Positions 53,543 to 62,750 of a DNA stretch of 64,000 nt are shown piece after piece. The stretch's first letter is position 1; each line of letters opens with the position of its first letter. The notes below the pieces were generated by a model. It ran no database searches and was not told where the DNA came from. It saw only the letters and a program-made list of their open reading frames with translations. A program made the position numbers and the translations under genes. This stretch comes from Acidobacteriota bacterium (GTDB taxonomy: Bacteria; Acidobacteriota; Thermoanaerobaculia; Gp7-AA8): positions 1 through 64,000 of the forward strand of contig JAFATB010000013.1 of assembly GCA_019244185.1 (NCBI GenBank), read 5' to 3'.

Positions 53543-54631
53543 ATGGCAGACCGCACCAATCCCGCGACACGCATCCGGCAACTCGTCGATGAGCGCATCG
53601 CGTTGGAATCCAGACTCCAGAACGAGCCCGGCGAGCTCCCCGACGGCACCTCCCGCGAATACGACGGCAAGTATCAGTCGCTGCAGCGCCAGCTCGCGAA
53701 CCTCTTCAAGGAAACCGACGACGACCAGCAGCGCGTGACCGTGATGCTGGAGATGATGCGCATCCTCGAGAACCGCCTCGTCTACCTGCAGAACTTCATC
53801 GTCGATCCGAGCTCCGAAAACCGCATCCTCGCGCAGCTCGTCACGAAGTTCATCGATCAGATGAGCCGCGAGCGCACGCCGGTGCTGACGACGCTTGAAG
53901 CAACGTACTACCGCGCCGTCGCCGCGCTGTACGCGGGCGAGCTCGGAAAAGCGCGCGAAGGTTTCGGCGCGGCGTGCGCCTCCGAAGAGTCGGACGAGGC
54001 GAACGACATCAAATACAAGTCGTACGTCATCCTCGGGCATCTCTCGCACGAGGAAGCCGACTACGCCAAGGCGAAGGAGCTGCACGAGCAGTCGATGCGC
54101 TACTCGCCGAACGACAACGTCACCGCGCAGGCGCTCGCGCTCAAGGCGCTGAACTCGTACGCGCTGCAGGACTATGACGACGCGCTGCATCTTTTCTCCG
54201 AAGCGCTGGCGCTCTTCGACGAACAGAAGCCGTTCTTCAACGCGTACTTTTTCCGCAACGCGCTGCTCTTCTGCGGCGCGATCTACTTCGACCGCCGCCG
54301 CTACGACGACGCCGAATCGTTCTACCGCCGCGTCGTCGACAACGTCGACCAGAGCTCGTTCGATTACTTCGACGCGCTCTCGCACCTCGGCCGCATCTGC
54401 TACGCGCAGGACCGCTGGGAAGAGGCGGTGGCGTCGTTCGAGAAAGCGGTGCAGACGCATCGCTACGGCGAGAACGAGTACGTCGTCGACACGTGGTTCT
54501 GGCTCGCGCGCTGCCATCTGCGCCGCAACGACGCGGGCGAGGCGCGCAAGTACCTCGAGAAGATCGCCGCGACCGACGTCCGCTACGAGAAGAAGCCGCA
54601 GGCCGTCGAGCTGTTGCAGCGCATCGCATGA
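53543..54631 (+). CDS. Tetratricopeptide repeat protein
   Basis: About 6 TPR-like repeats after an N-terminal coiled-coil region. Confidence 0.82.
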   Translation: MADRTNPATRIRQLVDERIALESRLQNEPGELPDGTSREYDGKYQSLQRQLANLFKETDDDQQRVTVMLEMMRILENRLVYLQNFIVDPSSENRILAQLVTKFIDQMSRERTPVLTTLEATYYRAVAALYAGELGKAREGFGAACASEESDEANDIKYKSYVILGHLSHEEADYAKAKELHEQSMRYSPNDNVTAQALALKALNSYALQDYDDALHLFSEALALFDEQKPFFNAYFFRNALLFCGAIYFDRRRYDDAESFYRRVVDNVDQSSFDYFDALSHLGRICYAQDRWEEAVASFEKAVQTHRYGENEYVVDTWFWLARCHLRRNDAGEARKYLEKIAATDVRYEKKPQAVELLQRIA

Positions 54632-55050
54632 CGCTCGACGACTTCGAACGCGAGCTCGCGCGGGCGCTGCTGGCCGGCGACGATCCGCTCCTGGAGACGC
54701 TGCGCGCGCAGTACGCGGCGGCGAGCGTGCGCGATCGCGAGACGAACCCGAACGGCTTCGTCACGCGCTTCGACGTGCCGGCGTCCGCGCCCGCGATCGA
54801 ACGGAAGCTGCTCCATCTCGACGATCTGCAGGTCGAGCTCGAAGGCGCGAAGACGCCGGCCGAGGCGTCGCTGCAGGTGCACGACGGCCGGCTGCGATCG
54901 CTGGAGTGCTTCGTCTACGATGGCGCGTTCCCGGAGTCGCCGGCGATCCGCGCCGCGTGGTACTACGGCACGGAACGCTATCCCGGCGTCACCGACGAAC
55001 TGCTCGCCGCGCGCGACGTCGAGGAACTCCTCGACGCCGACGACGAGTAG
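54628..55050 (+). CDS. Small acidic hypothetical protein
   Basis: ATGA overlap with the TPR gene; host-like codon usage. Confidence 0.72.
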   Translation: MTLDDFERELARALLAGDDPLLETLRAQYAAASVRDRETNPNGFVTRFDVPASAPAIERKLLHLDDLQVELEGAKTPAEASLQVHDGRLRSLECFVYDGAFPESPAIRAAWYYGTERYPGVTDELLAARDVEELLDADDE

Positions 55051-55067
55051 CGGTGACGTCCGGCCGG

Positions 55068-56105
55068 CTATTTCCCGGCCGGCACGACGACGACGTCGCT
55101 GTATTGATTAAAGAGCGAGGTCGCCCAGATCTCGGGCAGCTTGGCGTTGCGTGCGAGCTCGAGCCTCAGCGGCTGGTTCGTGTTGCCGAGAATGAGGTCG
55201 TTCGCGTAGACGCGCATCTCGACCGGCTTGCCGTTCGACGCGTCCTTTGCGTGCACGGTGATCGTGTTCGTCACGCCGCGTTTCCAGCTATCGGGCGACG
55301 GCGTGATGTCGACGACGACCTTCGGGATGTCGTACGGCATCGTGAAGGTCATCGTCGGATAGCCGGGCGTGTCGAGCGTGAGACGCGGCGCGACGACGTC
55401 GGTGTGGCCGCTCGCATTCGGCTCGCGGTTGAGCTTCGCGTTCCACGGGAACGGCCACGACGTGCGGACCTTGCCGTCGTACGACGCGGTCGAGTAGATG
55501 GTCTGCTTGTCGACGGTGATCACGCCTTCGACCGGCACGTGCGTGTCGGGGTCGACGGCGAAGACCGTGACGTTGCCCTTGTAGCCGACCGGCAGGTGTT
55601 CGGGCGAGAACCACACCTCGGGCGGCCGGTTATGCGCGACCGCCGGCTGCTCGTTCGCGCACTTCTGCGCGTCGGTGTAGAGCGCCTTGCTGCTCGAGTC
55701 GATGCCGAGGTAGTAGATGTAGTAGAAGCCGATGCACTGCTCGTAGTCGCGCGACTTCATCGGGTACTTCATGCACGTGCGCGCGACGTCGGCGCGGTTG
55801 ATCTCGTTGCAGAAGAGGTACGTGTTGTTCGGCGTCGCATAGCACGCGGCCATCTGCGCGCTGGCGGGATTCATGACCGCCATGAGGTCGTTCCAGTGCT
55901 TCTCGATCCAGCTGCTATCGAGCTCGAACCCGCGCTGGACGGCGCCCTGCGCGACGAGGTTGTGCTTCGGAAACGAGATCGGCACGTGGCTCGCGGCACA
56001 GGGTGGCGTCACGTAAACGTCCGGAAATGCAGGACGTTGCGCGGCGCCGGCGGAGGCGGCGAGGGCGGAGGCGAGAGCGAGGCAGAGGACGAGAGTGCGC
56101 TTCAT
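55068..56105 (-). CDS. Secreted hypothetical protein with Cys-containing N-domain and beta-rich C-domains
   Basis: Signal peptide MKRTLVLCLALASALAASAGA; host-like codon usage. Confidence 0.78.
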   Translation of the reverse strand: MKRTLVLCLALASALAASAGAAQRPAFPDVYVTPPCAASHVPISFPKHNLVAQGAVQRGFELDSSWIEKHWNDLMAVMNPASAQMAACYATPNNTYLFCNEINRADVARTCMKYPMKSRDYEQCIGFYYIYYLGIDSSSKALYTDAQKCANEQPAVAHNRPPEVWFSPEHLPVGYKGNVTVFAVDPDTHVPVEGVITVDKQTIYSTASYDGKVRTSWPFPWNAKLNREPNASGHTDVVAPRLTLDTPGYPTMTFTMPYDIPKVVVDITPSPDSWKRGVTNTITVHAKDASNGKPVEMRVYANDLILGNTNQPLRLELARNAKLPEIWATSLFNQYSDVVVVPAGK

Positions 56106-56123
56106 GCGTAGGTGAGACGACGA

Positions 56124-57254
56124 TCACTGGAATCGCGTTACGACGAACGCGATATCGTCCTTGAATTCTTCCGTGGCCGAGAACTCGGCGACGTCGTTGT
56201 AGATCGCGTCGTAGACCGTGCCGAGGTCCGCGCCGCCGTGCCGCTCGAGAATCGCCGCGACCCGGTCGATCGAGTAGAACTCCTGGTTCGCGTTCATGCG
56301 GTCCGTCAGTCCGTCGGTGTAGACGAAGAGCGTGTCGCCCGGCGCGACCGTCAGCGAATGCTCCTCGAACGGCATGTTCGGCATCGCCCCGAGAAGGTTG
56401 CTCGGCGACTCGAGGAGCTCGGTGCGCTTGCGCTCGTGCTGGTAGAGGAGGAACGGCGGATGCGCGGCGTTCGCGTAGACGAGCTGTCGTCCTTCCTGCA
56501 CGCGGAAGAGCGCCGCGGTCGCGAACTGCGTCGGCAGGCTGACGCTGAACAGAAAGTCATTCAGCCGCGACATGAACTCGTGCAGCGAGCGATCCGACGC
56601 GGCCTCGGTGTGGATGTAGCTCTTGAGCAGCGACACGAGGATCGCCGCGGGCAGGCCGTGTCCCGAGACGTCGGCCACAAAGAGATACAGCCGGTCGTCC
56701 TGCAGGAAGTAGTCGTAGAAATCGCCCGAGAGCACTTCGCTCGGGATGTACGCGGAACGGATCTGCAGCCGCGCCGACGCGAGCGCGCGTTCCGGCATCA
56801 GCGCTTCCTGCACGCGCCGCGCGATCTGCAGGTCGCGCGTCATCTGCTGGTTCATCCGCCGCAGCTGATCCTGATACGCCTTCATGCGCAGCAGCGCGCG
56901 GAGCCGCGCGACGACGATCTCGATGTCCGAGCCTTTCGTCACGAAGTCATCCGCACCCGCACCGAGCCCCTCGACGACGTGCTGCGCGGAGTCGGAGCCG
57001 GTGAGCATCAGCACGGGAATGGTCTGCAGCTCCGGATCGGCCTTCACGCGCCGCGTGAACTCGAACCCGTCCATCCCCGGCATGCGGTAGTCGACGATGA
57101 TCGCGTCCGGCAACAGCTGCTGCGCGAGCTCCAACCCCTCGTCCCCCGACAATGCGGGCACGGCGTCGTATCCGCGGCGCTCCAGAAGGCGCCGCGTGAC
57201 CTGCAAATCGTTCGCGTTGTCGTCGATGACGACGATGCGCTGCCCCTTTTCCAT
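56124..57254 (-). CDS. Response regulator-PP2C/SpoIIE phosphatase (RsbU/RsbP-like)
   Basis: REC (VVIDD, VDYRMP); SGDFYD, ADVSGHG, YTDGL, DDI. Confidence 0.93.
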   Translation of the reverse strand: MEKGQRIVVIDDNANDLQVTRRLLERRGYDAVPALSGDEGLELAQQLLPDAIIVDYRMPGMDGFEFTRRVKADPELQTIPVLMLTGSDSAQHVVEGLGAGADDFVTKGSDIEIVVARLRALLRMKAYQDQLRRMNQQMTRDLQIARRVQEALMPERALASARLQIRSAYIPSEVLSGDFYDYFLQDDRLYLFVADVSGHGLPAAILVSLLKSYIHTEAASDRSLHEFMSRLNDFLFSVSLPTQFATAALFRVQEGRQLVYANAAHPPFLLYQHERKRTELLESPSNLLGAMPNMPFEEHSLTVAPGDTLFVYTDGLTDRMNANQEFYSIDRVAAILERHGGADLGTVYDAIYNDVAEFSATEEFKDDIAFVVTRFQ

Positions 57255-57298
57255 CACGGACGGTCTCGCGAGCTTATGCAGCAAGCCGGGCGCGAAGG

Positions 57299-57661
57299 TC
57301 AAGGGGCGGGGGAGGGAGGAAGGAGGGAGCGGACCTCGGCGAGGAGGCGGGGGAGGTGGTCGTGGAGGACGGTCCACACCACTTCGTAGTCCACCTCCGG
57401 ATAATCGTGCACGAGCCTGTGACGGAAGCCGGTGATGCGACGCGCCGCGGAAACGCGATCGCTCAAAGCAGGGTCGGCGATGAGCGCTCTGTTCAACGCC
57501 TCGCCGATCGTGATCAGCAAACGTTCAATCGCCAACGACGTGCGGCGATCGTGCGAGAAGTCTTCGTAAGTGAATCCCTCGGTCAGCGCGAGGATTTCCT
57601 GGCCGGCTTCCGCGATGTGCAGCAACCGCGTATCGCGCTCATGCTGCTGGAGCGGATTCAT
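57299..57661 (-). CDS. HepT-like (DUF86) HEPN ribonuclease toxin, copy 1
   Basis: LLHIAEA, ERLLITIGEA, intact RX4HXY motif FRHRLVHDY. Confidence 0.88.
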   Translation of the reverse strand: MNPLQQHERDTRLLHIAEAGQEILALTEGFTYEDFSHDRRTSLAIERLLITIGEALNRALIADPALSDRVSAARRITGFRHRLVHDYPEVDYEVVWTVLHDHLPRLLAEVRSLLPPSPAP

Positions 57662-57971
57662 AAATCGAACGCTCCGTCAGCGCGAGCACCTGCATGAAGT
57701 ACGGATTCTCAATCGACCGCCGTTGCACGAGATCGACGTGGCGGTCGAAGAGATCGAGCAACTCGCCCCACAATCCCCACCACAACCGACCCCGCTCGAG
57801 CGGATCGGGATCCCACTCGAACTCCACCACGAAATCCACGTCGCTCTTCGCGGGATCGAACGTGCCCCTCACCGCCGACCCGAAAATCGTCAGGCGTTTC
57901 ACGCGGTATCTCTCGCAGAGCGCGCGCACGCCACCCAAGTGCTGCGCGATCTCGGGCGGTAGCGCGTTCAT
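57639..57971 (-). CDS. MntA-like minimal nucleotidyltransferase antitoxin, copy 1
   Basis: FGS-x11-DVD, VDLV, ENPYF; overlaps the HEPN gene start. Confidence 0.88.
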   Translation of the reverse strand: MNALPPEIAQHLGGVRALCERYRVKRLTIFGSAVRGTFDPAKSDVDFVVEFEWDPDPLERGRLWWGLWGELLDLFDRHVDLVQRRSIENPYFMQVLALTERSIYESAPAA

Positions 57972-58023
57972 CGGGCGCATTGTACCCTTCGCCCTCGCAT
58001 GAAACTGATCGTGGAGGTCGGGA
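57781..58023. repeat. About 240-bp direct repeat, copy A (MNT 5' part, promoter, first codons of pth)
   Basis: Near-identical to 58511-58753 (offset 730 nt); contains ATGAAACTGATCGTGG at 57999. Confidence 0.92.
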
Positions 58024-58051
58024 GAGAGACGTCGGGAGCGCCAGCTTGTCG

Positions 58052-58384
58052 TCAGCGTTCCAGGACCGCGCGGACTTCGGCGAGGAGGCGAGGGAGGTGG
58101 TTCTGCACGATGCGCCACACGCCTTCGTCGTAGATCGTTGCGTAGTCGTAAACCAGCACGTTGCGGAAGTCGACGATCTCGCGGAATCGCGTAATCCGCT
58201 CCGGCACGGTCGCATCGACTCTCGCCGCTTCGCGCAGCGCTTCGCCGATCATTCCGAACCGGCGCTCGACCGCATCGCGCAGCATGCGATCGACGGCGTA
58301 TTGCTCGAACGACTTACCGGCGACATATCCCAGGATGATCTCGCCGGACTCGAGGACGTGCTCGAATCGTTCGCGCACCTCCAT
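58052..58384 (-). CDS. HepT-like (DUF86) HEPN protein, copy 2, catalytic His replaced by Tyr
   Basis: AVERRFGMIGEA; motif reads FRNVLVYDY (TAC at 58150-58148). Confidence 0.82.
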   Translation of the reverse strand: MEVRERFEHVLESGEIILGYVAGKSFEQYAVDRMLRDAVERRFGMIGEALREAARVDATVPERITRFREIVDFRNVLVYDYATIYDEGVWRIVQNHLPRLLAEVRAVLER

Positions 58385-58701
58385 GCTGCATAGAGATCGA
58401 TATGTTGGAGGTCGATCACTTCGGTGAGGCGACGGCTGCGAATCGTGGACGCCACGATAAGATCCACCGGCCGTCCGAGGAGGTCCTTCAACTCCTCCCA
58501 CAGCTCGAGCCACAACCGTCCCCGCTCGAGCGGATCTGGATCCCACTCGAACTCCACCACGAAATCCACGTCGCTCTTCGCGGGATCGAACGTGCCCTTC
58601 ACCGCCGACCCGAAAATCGTCAGGCGTTTCACGCGGTATTTCTCGCACAGCGCGCGCACGGCATCCAGGTGCTGCGCGATCTCCGGCGGTAGCGCGTTCA
58701 T
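58249..58701 (-). CDS. MntA-like nucleotidyltransferase, copy 2, with C-terminal read-through
   Basis: FGS-x11-DVD; expected end LYAA is followed by TGG (58383-58381) instead of TGA, adding 44 aa. Confidence 0.8.
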   Translation of the reverse strand: MNALPPEIAQHLDAVRALCEKYRVKRLTIFGSAVKGTFDPAKSDVDFVVEFEWDPDPLERGRLWLELWEELKDLLGRPVDLIVASTIRSRRLTEVIDLQHIDLYAAWRCANDSSTSSSPARSSWDMSPVSRSSNTPSIACCAMRSSAGSE

Positions 58702-58753
58702 CGGGCGCATTGTACCCTTCGCCCTCGCATGAAACTGATCGTGGGGCTCGGGA
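58511..58753. repeat. About 240-bp direct repeat, copy B
   Basis: Near-identical to 57781-58023; overlaps the real pth start. Confidence 0.92.
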
Positions 58754-59334
58754 ATCCGGGCGCGGATTACGAGCGAACGCGGCACAACGTGGGGTGGTGG
58801 GTGGTGGAGGCGTTCGCGCGGAAGTTTCGCATCGCCATCGACACGCATGAGAAGGCCGCCATGACCGGCTCGGGGCGGGTGGCGGGTGGGGCGGTGATGG
58901 TGGCGAAGCCGCTCACGTTCATGAACCTTTCCGGCGATTCGGTGCGGCTGCTCGTGAACGCGTATCTCGACTCCACCGACGACCTGATGGTCGTCTACGA
59001 CGACATCGATCTGCCGCTCGGAAAGCTGCGCATCCGGCCGAACGGTTCGGCGGGAACGCACAACGGCATGCGGTCGATCGTCGGCACGCTCGGCACGGAG
59101 CGCTTTCCGCGGCTGCGCGTCGGTGTCGGCGCGCCCGATCGCGGGAAGCTCCGCGACTTCGTGCTCGACGAGTTCGCGGCGGACGAACAGCCGGTCATCG
59201 ACCGCGCGGTGGTCCGCGCGGTCGATGCGCTGGTGCTGTTCGCGCGCGGCGATCTCCGCCGCGCGATGAACGAGTTCAACAAAGATCCCGAGGAGCCGGC
59301 GCCGCCGGCGCCTACGACTTCAGACGCGGTTTGA
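58729..59334 (+). CDS. pth: Peptidyl-tRNA hydrolase
   Basis: LIVGLGNPG, TRHNVG, KPLTFMNLSG, YDDIDL, HNG, RLRVGV. Confidence 0.96.
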   Translation: MKLIVGLGNPGADYERTRHNVGWWVVEAFARKFRIAIDTHEKAAMTGSGRVAGGAVMVAKPLTFMNLSGDSVRLLVNAYLDSTDDLMVVYDDIDLPLGKLRIRPNGSAGTHNGMRSIVGTLGTERFPRLRVGVGAPDRGKLRDFVLDEFAADEQPVIDRAVVRAVDALVLFARGDLRRAMNEFNKDPEEPAPPAPTTSDAV

Positions 59335-61081
59335 CGTACTGCGTCATCACCGCCTCGCGCAGCAGCGCCGGCGGCACGAGTCCCTGCGCCAGCACGAAGT
59401 CGTGATACGACTGGCGGTCGAAGTCCTTGCCGAGCATCCGCTCGACGTCCGTGCGCAGCTCGATGAGGCGCGAGTAGCCGACGAAGTACGACGGCGCCTG
59501 CCCCGGCGCCCAGAACGTGTAGCGCTCGACTTCCTGCAGCGCCATCGCGTGCGACAGCGCCACCTGATCCTCGAGCACGCGGAACGCTTCGTCGCGCGTC
59601 ATGCGGCCGAGCTGCAGACTCGGATCGAGATACGCGCGCGCGGCGCGAAGCAGCCGATGCTGCAGCGCGATGAGCTGGCCGTCGAGCGGCTCGTACGGCT
59701 TCATCTCCGCCTCCGCGTACAGCGCCCACCCTTCGACGTTGACGCTGTTGAACGCGAACAGCACGCGCGCCTGCGACACGCCGTGCTCCAGGATCGACGC
59801 GAACTGCAACTCGTGTCCGGGACGTCCCTCGTGCGCCGTCAGCGTCCAGGACGCCGCGTCGAACGTGAAATCGTCGAAGCCCACTTCCTCTTTGCCGTTC
59901 TCCGCCGGGATGCGCAGCGGCAGCACGAACGCCGCCTTCTCGCCGGTGTTGCCGAGGAGGCGCGGCGGATCGACGTGCGGCGCGGGAGTCGCGGCGGTTT
60001 CCGCGGCCGTTGCGAGGCGGATGACCATTTCGCGCTGCGGCAGCGTGACAAGCTTCTGCGTGCGGACGATGTTCTCGATGTCCTTGAGTCGCGCCTGATA
60101 GCGCGGCAGGATCTCGTCGCCGACGAACTGCTGCTTTTTCAGCTCGCGGATGACGTCGCGGTAGTCCGTCGCGTTGATGCCTTTCTCTTTTGCGACGAGC
60201 GGCGCGAGCGCCTGCATCTCGTTCTGAATCTCGCGGAACGACGTCTTCGCGCGGCTGATCAGCTCTTCCACCGGCATGTCGTTGCCGCGCGTGCGCAGCA
60301 GATACCGGTACATCTCTTCCGGCTGGCGGAAGTCGGTGGTCGCGCGCGGAAGGATCTCGGCGCGCACGAAGTCGTTGTACGCGGCGACCTGCTTCTTCAG
60401 CTCCGCGAACGGCGCCTGGTAGCCGGCGATCTTGTACTTTTGAAAGAGCTGCTCGATGCCGGCCATGTAGCGGTCGCTGTTGGCGAGGTCTTTCTCGAGG
60501 TTGTCTTTGAACGGCCCCTTCACGCCGGCGTCGTTGAGATGCGCGCGCGTGTACGCCATCGCCTGCTGCGTGAGCGGCGTGAAGCCCTTCTCGAGCCCCG
60601 CGTAGCGGCGCAGGCGCACGAGCGCGCCGGCGCGGCGTTCCGGCGCGACGCGATCGTCGAGCAGCGCGCGCGTGCCGTTGAAGAACGTCTGCGTGATGTT
60701 GAAGTACGGGAGCTCGTACTTTTCCGACAGGCGATCGCCTTCGATGTTCTCGTTCGTGGCGTTGATGAGGATCTTCAGATCCTGCGCGACGGACGGGTCC
60801 TTCTCCGTGGCGAGCTTCGCCTGCAACTGCTGGAGCGCCTGCTGCTGCGCGGCGTTCGACTTCGCGTTGAGGTCGAGCGGCAGCTGACGGATGTCCGTGT
60901 CATGACCTTCTACGCCAAGGGCCGAGGCGTCTTCCGGGCTGTAGCGGGCGAGGATGTCGAAGAGAATCTGCGCGTTCGCGTCACTGCGCTTGACCCATTC
61001 GGGCTGAGCGGTTTGTGCGAGCGCAGCCGTGGCAACGGCAAGCGAAAAGAGAAGCGTGGCGAGCGTACGGCGCGTGTTCAT
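59312..61081 (-). CDS. DUF885 family exported protein
   Basis: Signal peptide; HEGRPGHELQ, EGWALYAE, EVERY, PGQAPSY. Confidence 0.9.
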   Translation of the reverse strand: MNTRRTLATLLFSLAVATAALAQTAQPEWVKRSDANAQILFDILARYSPEDASALGVEGHDTDIRQLPLDLNAKSNAAQQQALQQLQAKLATEKDPSVAQDLKILINATNENIEGDRLSEKYELPYFNITQTFFNGTRALLDDRVAPERRAGALVRLRRYAGLEKGFTPLTQQAMAYTRAHLNDAGVKGPFKDNLEKDLANSDRYMAGIEQLFQKYKIAGYQAPFAELKKQVAAYNDFVRAEILPRATTDFRQPEEMYRYLLRTRGNDMPVEELISRAKTSFREIQNEMQALAPLVAKEKGINATDYRDVIRELKKQQFVGDEILPRYQARLKDIENIVRTQKLVTLPQREMVIRLATAAETAATPAPHVDPPRLLGNTGEKAAFVLPLRIPAENGKEEVGFDDFTFDAASWTLTAHEGRPGHELQFASILEHGVSQARVLFAFNSVNVEGWALYAEAEMKPYEPLDGQLIALQHRLLRAARAYLDPSLQLGRMTRDEAFRVLEDQVALSHAMALQEVERYTFWAPGQAPSYFVGYSRLIELRTDVERMLGKDFDRQSYHDFVLAQGLVPPALLREAVMTQYVKPRLKS

Positions 61082-61150
61082 GGCGGTTATTACGATTCGA
61101 AGCAGGAGTGGTTTCACATTGCCCGCGCAGAACTGCTACGCTGCCGCGCC

Positions 61151-62737
61151 ATGACCCCGATCCACACCCTCGGCGAATTACGCGCCTCCGGTTATCGCGT
61201 CCGCTCCGTCAAGGACGAGATGCGCGCCAATCTCCTCTCGGCCCTCGCGCGCGGCGAGCAGGTCTTCACCGGCATCCATGGCTACGAACGCACGGTGCTC
61301 CCCGCGATCCACAACGCGATCCTCTCGAAGCACGACATCATCCTGCTCGGCCTGCGCGGCCAGGCGAAGACGCGCATCCTGCGCTCGCTGACGGCGCTGC
61401 TCGACGAGCACGTGCCCGTCATCGACGGCTGCGAGATCAACGACTCGCCGTTCGAGCCGACGTGCAAACGCTGCCGCCGCCTCTCCGCGGAACAGGGCGA
61501 CGACCTGCGCATCGGCTGGCTCGCGCGCGGCGACCGCTATCGCGAGAAGCTCGCAACGCCCGACGTCACCGTGGCCGATCTCGTCGGCGACATCGATCCG
61601 ATCAAGGCCGCGAACCAGCGCCTCACGTACGCGGACGAGGAAGTCATCCACTACGGCATCATCCCGCGCACGAACCGCGGCATCTTCGCCATCAACGAAC
61701 TGCCCGATCTCGCGCCGCGCATTCAGGTCGCGCTGCTGAACATCCTCGAAGAGCGCGACCTGCAGATCCGCGGCTTTCCGGTGCGCATTCCGATGGACAT
61801 CGTGCTCGTCTTCAGCGCGAATCCCGAGGACTACACGAGCCGCGGCAACATCATCACGCCGCTCAAGGACCGCATCGATTCGCAGATCCTGACGCACTAC
61901 CCGCAGACGATCGAGACCGCGCGCCGCATCACCGATCAGGAAGCGTGGCTCGAGCGCGACTCCGCCGCGTCGATCGAAGTGCCGCCGCACGTGCGCGATC
62001 TCGTCGAACAGATCGCGTTCTCCGCGCGCGAGTCGGAGCTCGTCGATCAGTCGTCCGGCGTCTCCGCGCGACTCACGATCGCGGCGATGGAACTGCTGCA
62101 GTCGAATCTCGAACGCCGAGCGGCGATCACCGGCGACCGCGCCGTGTATCCGCGTCTCTCCGATCTCTCGATGGTGCTGCCGGCGATCACCGGCAAGGTG
62201 GAAATGGTGTACGAGGGCGAGCAGCAGGGAGCGGAAGTCGTCGCGCGCAAGCTCGTCGGACTCGCGCTGGCGAAGCTGTTCGAATCGAAGTTCCCGCCGG
62301 TCGAGCGCGCGGGCGTCGCGCAGCGCGCCGAACGCGAGCGCCGCGGCTACGGCGAGATGGACGCCGACGATCTCGACGACGCGTTCTCCGGACGCCGCAA
62401 GCGCAAAGAACCGCAGCAGCGCGAAGAGCAGAAGCCGCCCGCGCCGAGCGAGTCCGCCTACGACGCGATCCTCGGCTGGTTCGCCGGCGGCAACCAGATC
62501 ACGCTCTCCGACGAGCAGCCGTTCGCCGAGTATTTCCGCGCGCTCAGCTCAGTGCCGCAGCTCGCCGACGTCGCGCGCAAGTACACGAACGCGTCGCGCA
62601 ACGAGGAGCTGGCGTGGTGGATGGAGATGGTGCTGGAAGGTCTGCATCAGGCGCTGCGGCTCGCCCGCGAGGATCTGGACTCGACGATCACGTTCCACGA
62701 GCTGATGAAATTCAACGTCTTAAGAACGGTTCGTTAA
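61151..62737 (+). CDS. Mg-chelatase ChlI-like AAA+ ATPase
   Basis: LGLRGQAKTR, EKLATPD, NRGIFAINELPDL, SANPEDY, LKDR; upstream of a VWA gene. Confidence 0.9.
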   Translation: MTPIHTLGELRASGYRVRSVKDEMRANLLSALARGEQVFTGIHGYERTVLPAIHNAILSKHDIILLGLRGQAKTRILRSLTALLDEHVPVIDGCEINDSPFEPTCKRCRRLSAEQGDDLRIGWLARGDRYREKLATPDVTVADLVGDIDPIKAANQRLTYADEEVIHYGIIPRTNRGIFAINELPDLAPRIQVALLNILEERDLQIRGFPVRIPMDIVLVFSANPEDYTSRGNIITPLKDRIDSQILTHYPQTIETARRITDQEAWLERDSAASIEVPPHVRDLVEQIAFSARESELVDQSSGVSARLTIAAMELLQSNLERRAAITGDRAVYPRLSDLSMVLPAITGKVEMVYEGEQQGAEVVARKLVGLALAKLFESKFPPVERAGVAQRAERERRGYGEMDADDLDDAFSGRRKRKEPQQREEQKPPAPSESAYDAILGWFAGGNQITLSDEQPFAEYFRALSSVPQLADVARKYTNASRNEELAWWMEMVLEGLHQALRLAREDLDSTITFHELMKFNVLRTVR

Positions 62738-62750
62738 ACTGAAGCGCGCC

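Noticed and set aside
50816-54517. Very long antisense or alternate-frame ORFs (also 10343-12970, 16796-19075, 29017-31371, 31476-34370, 38909-41719, 41858-43909)
   Set aside because: Shadows of well-supported genes caused by high-GC codon bias; Arg/Ala/Val-rich with no motifs.
59402-61150. 1111-aa ORF call for the AAA+ ATPase
   Set aside because: The 5' half is antisense to the DUF885 gene; the real start is ATG 61151.
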